The notes under the pieces were generated by a model. That model worked only from the letters and a program-made list of their open reading frames with translations. It made no database searches and was not told the DNA's origin. A stretch of DNA of 40,586 nt from the UHGV virus genome UHGV-0211075, one strand, 5' to 3'. A program made the position numbers and the translations under genes. The DNA is from a virus. Shown here piece after piece: positions 33,881-40,586 of this stretch; the stretch's first letter is position 1, and every line of letters starts with the position of its first letter.

Positions 33881-35559
33881 AGTTCAAGAAACTCATTCAA
33901 ACCCATTGCCTGGTGGTCTTCCTTCAGCAGGGCGCGAGAGAGCGCCATGATTCCGGCCACAACTCCGTCGATCTTGTTCTCCGGCACGTCTTTGCGCGGA
34001 TAGATGTTCTCCTTGGCATCAACATGACAGACCACGTTGCTCACCATCCATGTCAACACAGGATCCCCGTTGAAGTGCAGTCGGTGGTCGAGCACAAGCG
34101 CCTGAAACTGCTTCATGGGATCCGAGAGGTTGGCGACTGTCTGCTTGCAAAGAACCATCGGAACGCCGTCATCCGAGAGTTCTTTCGAGAGCTGTACGGC
34201 TTGAAACGGGTCGTAAGCCACGCACTGCACCTCATAACGGCCGCAGTCCTCAAGAATCGAATCCCTAATCAGCGCGTAGTCCGTCACCGGGCCTTCGTTT
34301 ACGTGCAGGTATCCCAAATACTCCCATCCCTGGTACTGACTGTTCTTCCCGCGCTCGATCGCGGCCCGCGGCAGCCAGTAGTCGCCGAACAGGTAGTAGT
34401 TGTCTTCGCTGTTGACCATGCGGTGAAAGATCTTCACCTTCGCCGTCATGTCGTTTGTTGAAGCAAGATCCAGCCCGATCCAACAGGGTTCGCCGTCAAA
34501 ATCGGTTTCGTCCAGGCTTTCGTCCGCGCAGGCGTCCCACGCCTTCATGTCCATCCAGCCAACATCGGCGTTGCACCACACATCGAGGTGCTTCGTCTTA
34601 AAGTTGTTCTCGGCACTGGGAGTCGCTATGGCTTTAGCCTGGAGGGCCCGGATTACTTCCGGGCGAACGCTCACGCCCCAGTTTGGGTTCGCTTTAGACA
34701 GCGCCGCGTCGCTCTTCCAATCGTCCTCCGGATCAAGTGTGTAAATGATCCCGAAGTAGGACTCATCATTAATCGTGCGCGACAGGATCTTCGTTACAAT
34801 GCTGCGCTGCTCATAGCAGATCCCGGTGCGGTCAACACCCGCCGTTGTGATTGAAACCATCAGCGAATTGCGCCGCTTACCGAGCGAAGTCTCAACAACG
34901 TCAAAAACGTCACGCTTCTTGTGGGCGTGCAGCTCGTCAATGATTGCGAGGTGCGTGTTCAAGCCGTCCAGGGTGCTTCCTTCGGAACTTTTCGCCTGAA
35001 AGTAGCTGTGCGTTCCTTCGACAACGATGGCGTGTGCCGTTACTTCAAGGCCAAAGGCTTCCTGAAGGCTCTTATTCCCGCGAGCCATCGTCTGGGCGTC
35101 CCCAAAGACGATTTTCGCCTGCTCGCGGGTTGTCGCAAAACTGTAGACCTCGGCGCCTGGTTCATGGTCGGCGCAGAGGCAGAACAGCCCTATTCCTGAA
35201 AGCAATGTACTTTTGCCGTTTCCACGCGGCACTTCAACGTAAGCAGATCTGAAACGCCTGTTTCCGGCTTTAGCCTTCCACCCGAAAAGCGTCGTAAGAA
35301 GGAACACCTGCCACGGCTCAAGATGAATAGGCCGACCCGCGAGTTCCCCCTTCGTGTGCGTCAGGTTCTCAATGAACCAGCAGGGGCGCCCGGCCTCCTT
35401 TTCGTCAAAATGGTAATCCCCATCGAGGGATGCCCATCTCTTCAAATCATCAGCCTGCCGCTGCACTGCCTCCTTCACATACCGGCATGCAGGCACAGTA
35501 CCGTCCGCCACGTCGCGCATGTATTTTTTCGCAATGGCAACGTAGTCCGGTTTCTTCAT
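33877..35559 (-). CDS. terL: Terminase large subunit
   Basis: VPRGNGKST, IIDELH, KANP, GLDLA, KIDG. Confidence 0.96.
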   Translation of the reverse strand: MKKPDYVAIAKKYMRDVADGTVPACRYVKEAVQRQADDLKRWASLDGDYHFDEKEAGRPCWFIENLTHTKGELAGRPIHLEPWQVFLLTTLFGWKAKAGNRRFRSAYVEVPRGNGKSTLLSGIGLFCLCADHEPGAEVYSFATTREQAKIVFGDAQTMARGNKSLQEAFGLEVTAHAIVVEGTHSYFQAKSSEGSTLDGLNTHLAIIDELHAHKKRDVFDVVETSLGKRRNSLMVSITTAGVDRTGICYEQRSIVTKILSRTINDESYFGIIYTLDPEDDWKSDAALSKANPNWGVSVRPEVIRALQAKAIATPSAENNFKTKHLDVWCNADVGWMDMKAWDACADESLDETDFDGEPCWIGLDLASTNDMTAKVKIFHRMVNSEDNYYLFGDYWLPRAAIERGKNSQYQGWEYLGYLHVNEGPVTDYALIRDSILEDCGRYEVQCVAYDPFQAVQLSKELSDDGVPMVLCKQTVANLSDPMKQFQALVLDHRLHFNGDPVLTWMVSNVVCHVDAKENIYPRKDVPENKIDGVVAGIMALSRALLKEDHQAMGLNEFLEL

Positions 35560-36017
35560 TCGTTATTCAAATAGGGATTGTTCGATTCCGGTTTCTCTTC
35601 CTCGCGCGCGGGCGCGTGCGTGCGGGCGACCGGCGTGAACCCTAATTCCTTCTCTAGCTTGATCAAAGTGCCTGCCAGCGCTTGCATTGCCATGAATTCC
35701 GGGCTCAGCTTCCTGCTGCCAGACTTCTCGTCGACGTCATAGAGCGCGCCATGCTCAACCGCCTTCGCCATCTTCCGCCATAGAGCGTAAGTGCGGCACC
35801 ACTGCTCTAGCGCAGGCCCGTCAACCACCGCCAGGCGGCCTTCCGGCGCGTTCTTGACCGCGAGCGCCCAAGCTTCTTTTGCATCCCCCGGAACCCCGAC
35901 CGGCGGCTCTTCGCTCAGCCGGTCCTTGGCTACTGGAATCGTCCTGCCGTTCATGCGGCATTTCTGCAGCGTGCCTCTGGCGGCCTTCTCAGCATCGGAT
36001 TTTTTAGGCCTCGGCAT
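35556..36017 (-). CDS. terS: Terminase small subunit (P27 family)
   Basis: MPRPKKS...RGT...ELGFTPVAR. Confidence 0.85.
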   Translation of the reverse strand: MPRPKKSDAEKAARGTLQKCRMNGRTIPVAKDRLSEEPPVGVPGDAKEAWALAVKNAPEGRLAVVDGPALEQWCRTYALWRKMAKAVEHGALYDVDEKSGSRKLSPEFMAMQALAGTLIKLEKELGFTPVARTHAPAREEEKPESNNPYLNNE

Positions 36018-36019
36018 AG

Positions 36020-36105
36020 CTAAAAATTGAAAAGCACGTACAAAAAATTGCTTAAGGGCGCGGTCTTGGGGGCTTTCGATTTCAAAATCTGATCCCCCTA
36101 CCCCC
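36020..36105 (-). other. Probable cos/packaging region
   Basis: Non-coding gap between HNH and terS with GGGGGTAGGGGG and GACCGCGC, the usual cos position in HK97-type phages; cut site not determined. Confidence 0.45.
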
Positions 36106-36492
36106 TCAAACCGGATTTCCAAAGCCGCCGTTTTCCTTAGCAGTCTTCCGTGAATGGCATTCGTGGCATAAAGCCTGCCAGTTGCTCTGATCCCACATTA
36201 GCTTTGGATCGCCATGATGCGGAATAATGTGATCAACATCCGTGGCTTTAGTCAGCCGGCCTTGCCGCTTGCACTCCTCACAAAGAGGATGAGATTTAAG
36301 GAACTGGGCCCGCAGGCGCTGCCACTTCGAACCATAGCCACGCTGCGCAGCCGTTCCCTTGAATCTTTTTCTCCGTGCCTCGCGGTCGGCGGCCAGCGTT
36401 TTTCCCTTCTCCTTGTGCTTCGCGCAGAACTTCTCTTCAACCGGAATCGCCGCCTGGCACCCCGGATAAGCGCAGATATGAAGGAGAGGCAT
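36106..36492 (-). CDS. HNH endonuclease (packaging-associated)
   Basis: CEEC...VDHIIPH..NWQALCHECHSRKT. Confidence 0.92.
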   Translation of the reverse strand: MPLLHICAYPGCQAAIPVEEKFCAKHKEKGKTLAADREARRKRFKGTAAQRGYGSKWQRLRAQFLKSHPLCEECKRQGRLTKATDVDHIIPHHGDPKLMWDQSNWQALCHECHSRKTAKENGGFGNPV

Positions 36493-36519
36493 ACTGTCAC
36501 GAAACAAAGGAGTTCAAGA

Positions 36520-36867
36520 ATGGCAATCACAGAGCACGAGAAAGAACTAATTGACTATGCATCCTCATGCTTATTTCAAACCTTAATCAGAGCAAATCCA
36601 TTTCCAAATGGATTTGTTAGTGACGCCGCGCACCAAATGGCTGCAAGCGTTGATAACAGCGCCTGCTCGTTTGCCCGTGTCCTTGTACAAACACTTGAAA
36701 GAATCAACGCGCAAAACGAAACACTGCAAAGGCAAATCGCATTGGAGTCCAAAGCCGAAGCTGAAAGAAGAGCACAGCAAACAAGGAGAATGAGTCTCAT
36801 CGTTGCTGGGCCTGTAGCCCTTGTTGTGGTCTTGATAAGCGAGGCAATTAAATTCCTGTTTTCTTAG
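36520..36867 (+). CDS. Antisense moron, coiled coil plus C-terminal TM (115 aa)
   Basis: AAGGAG RBS at ATG 36520; LIVAGPVALVVVLISEAIKFLFS. Confidence 0.72.
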   Translation: MAITEHEKELIDYASSCLFQTLIRANPFPNGFVSDAAHQMAASVDNSACSFARVLVQTLERINAQNETLQRQIALESKAEAERRAQQTRRMSLIVAGPVALVVVLISEAIKFLFS

Positions 36868-37078
36868 CCCAGAGAACGATAAGAACAATCGAAAGCGCAA
36901 TAATCGCGCCCCACAGGCCGCCAATGAAACGATTAAAGCGAGCCTCAGATCTAGCCGCACTTTCTGCCCATTTCTTCTGCTCTTTCTGCTCGCCGAGCCG
37001 GACCTTTGCCTCAACCATCATCAGGCGCTGGTCCAAATCACCAATAGCTTTTTCAACATCGGTGTTCATAAAGGACAT
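36848..37078 (-). CDS. 76-aa coiled coil plus C-terminal TM protein
   Basis: FIGGLWGAIIALSIVLIVLW; first ORF of the late transcript. Confidence 0.68.
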   Translation of the reverse strand: MSFMNTDVEKAIGDLDQRLMMVEAKVRLGEQKEQKKWAESAARSEARFNRFIGGLWGAIIALSIVLIVLWAKKTGI

Positions 37079-37275
37079 GGCGATTCCAAATAGAAAGAGC
37101 CGGAGCCTTTCGACCCCGGCGAAAGCACCGCACTTAGGAGAGTCGGCTGCAATAGGGGTGCCGGAGCTTCGCTGCAGGTAACAGCATCGCGTACGTTAAA
37201 AGGAGGGCGAAGCCCCGGCGTAACTGGTGCCGGGTCGGAGACCGACCTTTTGGTCTGGAGAAAACCCCGCCCAGC

Positions 37276-37312
37276 AAAAAAAATAACCCGGTGATCTTGC
37301 AATCATCGGGTT
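37276..37312 (-). terminator. tR'-like terminator
   Basis: AACCCGATGATTGCAAGATCACCGGGTT then A-T8 on minus strand. Confidence 0.72.
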
Positions 37313-37395
37313 TACGTTTCTTATGGGTGCAAAAAGGATGGCCATCGGCCACCCCTAAATATGCAACTGGCGTCTTTCGCTTACTGATATTTCAT

Positions 37396-37424
37396 AGTTT
37401 ACGCCTTATCATCTTTGAAATCAA
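37396..37424 (-). promoter_or_regulatory. pR'-like late promoter
   Basis: TTGATT-17 nt-TAAACT at the end of the Q-like gene, about 85 nt before a terminator. Confidence 0.68.
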
Positions 37425-37800
37425 CAGTTTTATCTCTGGCGTAAAAATCGAGGATGTTCTTGAGCATCACGCTCGCGTGTCGAGTCTCCTCATAAAAACT
37501 ATGTCTGTTTAATCCCAAAGCCCTTCCCAGACGTTTTACACGGATTCCCGGTCTAAGGTAAAGCACGCACATCATGAGGCGGTATTTTTCTGGATAAAGA
37601 GGCGAACAGAGGGCTTTTTCTACCAGTGCAGCGTCGGCAGGGTCTATCGGGTCATAGCTTTTTGAATCATCCTGATAAAAATCCTCCGGTGCTCCTAAGA
37701 GAGCAATCAGTTTCGCCAGCATGGGAACATGGACCTTAGGCCTGTCTCTGTAGTATCTGGCCCAGTTAGTGAGCCGGAAATCGAGTTCCTGATCGATCAC
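37399..37800 (-). CDS. Putative late antiterminator (Q-like)
   Basis: RLTNWAR, DPADA.LVEKA, C-terminal HTH; position before late promoter; GTG start. Confidence 0.65.
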   Translation of the reverse strand: MIDQELDFRLTNWARYYRDRPKVHVPMLAKLIALLGAPEDFYQDDSKSYDPIDPADAALVEKALCSPLYPEKYRLMMCVLYLRPGIRVKRLGRALGLNRHSFYEETRHASVMLKNILDFYARDKTVDFKDDKA

Positions 37801-37810
37801 GCTTGATCTC

Positions 37811-37976
37811 CTACTTTCCCGGATAAGGAATGACATCGAACCCGCCGCCGTTCTTTTTGGCGCGCGGATAGACAACCTTCATCGCGAAAGGGAAGGAAGT
37901 CGCTACCACTTTGACCTTGCACTTCACTTTTGCGTCGTCGGCGAAGACTCGCGTCCAGGTCTCGATCTTCGATCAC
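37811..37976 (-). pseudogene. Gene remnant: Q-like start fused to the C-terminus of a small phage nuclease-like gene
   Basis: Alternative frame ..VFADDAKVKCKV..TSFPFAMKVVYPRAKKNGGGFDV-stop lacks a start. Confidence 0.4.
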
Positions 37977-38416
37977 GCTTCTCTCCTGTCTGTTGGTTCT
38001 GCCTCCACCCATACCCGGATACCCTCATAGGCGTCGCTGTACTGCTTCCTGACGGTCAGGATGGACACTTTGCTGTCATCCACCCATGCGATGTCGTTGA
38101 GGCTGTCTAAGACGATTTTGGCGACATTATCGGCGTCTGGTTTCCCGGGAGAAATCTCTTGCCGGAGCGCCGCTGCTTTCTTTGCTTTCGTCCAGCTTGA
38201 AGGGATCTTAAAGAACACGCCGATATCAACCCGAAAGTTCTGAGCGGTTTCTCCTGAGTATCTCGTTGACCGAATAGCTTTCCGGGCTTTCGCGGTCACC
38301 AGTGCCCGATAGATCTGATCCTCTCGCAAAGTGTATGCATGGCCCTGACGGGTAAAGCGTGGACGCGCTGCTCCTCTCGGTTTCCCGGGAACGTGGAAGC
38401 TAAAGCTGTAAACCAT
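37973..38416 (-). CDS. rusA: RusA-family Holliday junction resolvase
   Basis: PGKPRGAARPRF, KPDADN..K...DSLN..AWVDDS.V. Confidence 0.92.
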   Translation of the reverse strand: MVYSFSFHVPGKPRGAARPRFTRQGHAYTLREDQIYRALVTAKARKAIRSTRYSGETAQNFRVDIGVFFKIPSSWTKAKKAAALRQEISPGKPDADNVAKIVLDSLNDIAWVDDSKVSILTVRKQYSDAYEGIRVWVEAEPTDRREA

Positions 38417-38642
38417 GAATCTCTCCTTTTTCTTTTTCAGTACTGGTAAAGCAATGGCGCGTGTCCGTTTTCTTTCTCAGAACGTTATGCCACTCGGTCT
38501 CTTCTTTCTTTTCACCATCCCGACCCTTGTAGCGGCGGGTAGTGGCAAGCGCGAGGCGGCAGATTGCCAACCCCTGCGCATCGCTCGTCTTGGGGTCTCT
38601 CCCCAGGCGCCCCAGAAGGATCACACGATTTACTGATGCCAT
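38400..38642 (-). pseudogene. ssb: Truncated single-stranded DNA-binding protein
   Basis: MASVNRVILLGRLGRDP...ETEWHNV, then similarity stops at about residue 54. Confidence 0.8.
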
Positions 38643-38863
38643 GCTGTACTCCTATCCTTACCTTTGATACCGTTCCCCGGGGCGAGAAGGCGCCTTCCTT
38701 CCCTCTCTTGCGCAGCTCTCGCCCGGCAGACTCTCTCCCGGTACTTCTTCTGCTTTTCGCGGCGCTTGGCCTTATCTTTGGCCGCCTTCTCCTTGGCGGC
38801 TGCTATCTCTGCCCTGGCGACTGGCTCCGTGAGTGTATGAAGGACAAAACTCGCTGGGATCAT
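38630..38863 (-). CDS. Basic hypothetical protein
   Basis: ATGA coupling to upstream gene, GGAGG RBS. Confidence 0.55.
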   Translation of the reverse strand: MIPASFVLHTLTEPVARAEIAAAKEKAAKDKAKRREKQKKYRERVCRARAAQEREGRRLLAPGNGIKGKDRSTAWHQ

Positions 38864-39456
38864 GCCTGCGCCTCCCACATTTCATCGGGCAGGGCATCGC
38901 TTGGCTTCGGCAGGTGAGCCTCAAGGTAAAGCCTCGACCGGACTTTGCCCGTGATGGATCTGAGGAAGACAGGATCCCCGAGCTTCTCCCCGTACTGAGT
39001 CTCGAGGTAGCGCCGCTTTATCCCAGAAAGCGGACGACCCGCGGCAATCGCGGTGATCCCCTCCCACTCCCAAAAATCTTTCGGACGCGCCCCCAGATCC
39101 CTGATGGCCTTAAGGCTGCGGTCGACAGCCCGGGCAATGGCAGGATCCGCAGGGCGCACTTCAGCGACAGAAATTTCACTGGCACCTTCCTCTTGGGTCT
39201 TTTTCTCCAGAGCGCGTTCTCGGATTTCCCGGGCAGTCTTCACGATGTCGGCCGGTGCCGGCATTTTGCTGTGCCTCTTTGGCCAGTCGGTAAGCGCAGA
39301 GATCGCCGCCCATGCGGGGACTTCATCTTCAAGGCAAGAAAGCCAAAGAAGCAGTGCCTTTTCTGATGGGGGTCTTCCGTCCAGAAGATCGGCCAGCCCC
39401 AAAAGCTGCTCACTGATTTTTTTGACGTCGGAGCCTTCGTACTTGAAGCCTGTCAT
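38860..39456 (-). CDS. Putative replication accessory protein (helicase loader-like)
   Basis: Directly after initiator; KMPAPADI motif. Confidence 0.5.
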   Translation of the reverse strand: MTGFKYEGSDVKKISEQLLGLADLLDGRPPSEKALLLWLSCLEDEVPAWAAISALTDWPKRHSKMPAPADIVKTAREIRERALEKKTQEEGASEISVAEVRPADPAIARAVDRSLKAIRDLGARPKDFWEWEGITAIAAGRPLSGIKRRYLETQYGEKLGDPVFLRSITGKVRSRLYLEAHLPKPSDALPDEMWEAQA

Positions 39457-40280
39457 TTTTCAGTTTCCTCCCTGTTGTCAGTCAGCCCCAGAGCTTTGAT
39501 GACAAAATCGACCTTCCTGTCATTGCTGGAGCGAGAATCGAATTCAGCCTGATAGTCCTTAACCGCTTGCCACTCGGCGTTGATAGAAATCCATCCCTTG
39601 GTCGCACAAAGCTCTACCGCCTGCTGGATACTCAGCTCGGATCTGAGGACCTGCGCTTTAAAGTGCTTCCACGCGGTTTCAGTAAGCGGTGAGTGCTTTG
39701 CCTTGCGTACCGTCATCCAGTCTCTGAAAGCAGACTCGGTGAGCTCGACACCGAGCTCCGGAGGTTTGAATGCCTGCTGTCGGGTAGGCTTCTTTTTCGA
39801 AGCATCCGGTATCTCGGCGAGCGAGAAGAGGTGTGTCTGTGCCTCCCGCTTCGCCGCAGGCGAGGGGGGAGGTAGGGGATTCTCTCCCCTGATTTGTTCA
39901 TTGATATGTTCACTGATCTGTTCGTGTCCCAAATTCGGTACTACTGGTTGTCCCGTTTTCGGTACTACTGCCGTACCGTTTTCGGTAGTACCGTTTTCGG
40001 TAGTACCGTTTTCGGTACGACAGAGGGCGTAATTAAGCTGGTACCGATTCGCGTTTCTCTCACTTTTTTGAGCTGAAACCACCCCGCTTTGGGAAAGAGC
40101 TTTCAGAGCTGAAAAAACTGTCTTGCGATTCAAGTGCGTAATCGCTGTTAGTTTTTCTACAGACGGGAAGCACCGTCCGGCATCGTCCGAAAACTTCGCC
40201 AAGGCAAGAATCACCAGGCGTTCAGACGAAGAGGTCACGGGTGCCTCCCAAGCAAAATCGGTCGCTTTGTAGCCGTGCAT
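39453..40280 (-). CDS. Replication initiator (N-terminal HTH, internal iterons)
   Basis: LVILALAKFSDDAGRCFPSVEKL; TENGT repeats; W...RKAKHSPLT. Confidence 0.88.
   Translation of the reverse strand: MHGYKATDFAWEAPVTSSSERLVILALAKFSDDAGRCFPSVEKLTAITHLNRKTVFSALKALSQSGVVSAQKSERNANRYQLNYALCRTENGTTENGTTENGTAVVPKTGQPVVPNLGHEQISEHINEQIRGENPLPPPSPAAKREAQTHLFSLAEIPDASKKKPTRQQAFKPPELGVELTESAFRDWMTVRKAKHSPLTETAWKHFKAQVLRSELSIQQAVELCATKGWISINAEWQAVKDYQAEFDSRSSNDRKVDFVIKALGLTDNREETEK
39928..40017. repeat. Replication-origin iterons
   Basis: Three tandem 15-bp TACCGTTTTCGGTAG units (39974-40017) plus two TTCGGTACTACTG-containing variants starting at 39928 and 39952. Confidence 0.85.
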
Positions 40281-40490
40281 TTAGAAGCCCCTCGGGAGCC
40301 CTTTCCACGCTTGAAGCTTCGGGTACTTAAGCCGGAAGTACGGAAGCCGGCTCTCTGGGATGCCGAATTTCTTCCACTTCCAGACTGCAGGCAAAGAAAC
40401 CCCGAAAGCGCGGCTCATCTCTGTAAGTGAGTTGAATTCCTCTCTTATTTCCCTAAAAGCGAGTTTTCGCCTTTCGTCTAACTCAGTCAT
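40281..40490 (-). CDS. cro: Cro-like repressor
   Basis: 69-aa HTH (SLTEMSRAFGVSLPAVWKW..GIP), divergent from cI. Confidence 0.88.
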   Translation of the reverse strand: MTELDERRKLAFREIREEFNSLTEMSRAFGVSLPAVWKWKKFGIPESRLPYFRLKYPKLQAWKGLPRGF

Positions 40491-40494
40491 ATTC

Positions 40495-40586
40495 TCACCA
40501 AAGTGAATTTTCTTCTTTAATAATTTAACTCAAGTTAATAATAAAGTAAAGCACAAAGGGAAAGAAATGGCATAACCTAAGTTAAT
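40495..40586 (-). promoter_or_regulatory. PR-like promoter and OR operators
   Basis: TTTACT(40550-40545)-17 nt-TAAATT(40527-40522); operators TTTAAC-TCAA-GTTAAT 40524-40539 and CATAAC-CTAA-GTTAAT 40571-40586. Confidence 0.8.

Larger units (their letters stand above)
1..40586. mobile_element. Complete temperate phage genome (HK97-type head, Mu-like contractile tail), circularly permuted at the cI/cro switch
   Basis: All modules present; cI at 19 and divergent cro at 40490 join across the window ends; internal attP. Confidence 0.93.

Noticed and set aside
1..40586. Defective cryptic prophage
   Set aside because: Lesions are confined to accessory genes; integration, replication, packaging, head, tail and lysis genes appear intact and attP is reconstituted

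Overview
The window looks like one complete, circularly permuted temperate phage genome of 40.6 kb. cI starts at base 19, cro lies at the far end, and their shared control region spans the window ends. An intact attP (3' end of a tRNA-Pro plus integrase arm repeats on both sides) lies at about 8.4-8.7 kb. The layout is lambdoid: early-left recombination operon, int/attP, and on the minus strand replication, RusA, a Q-like gene, HNH, terminase, an HK97-type head, a Mu-like contractile tail (SfV-like arrangement) and holin/endolysin/spanins. The host is probably a gut Betaproteobacterium (Sutterellaceae-like); this is an impression from sequence style and is not demonstrated. Cargo includes a 1168-aa trimeric autotransporter adhesin, an HTH-metallopeptidase/PIN pair, hicAB with a frameshifted toxin and an orphan addiction-module antitoxin. 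The most unusual signal is a recurring mini-cassette inserted in the late operon, seen at 7 sites in intact, truncated or ORF-less form. It consists of a GC-rich hairpin, a short leader and a 40-65 aa membrane-protein ORF, plus an opposite-strand -10 box at the start of the ORF that would produce a 60-90 nt antisense RNA over the leader. Most of these small ORFs are missing from the supplied ORF track. All product calls come from motif recognition by eye, with no database searches.
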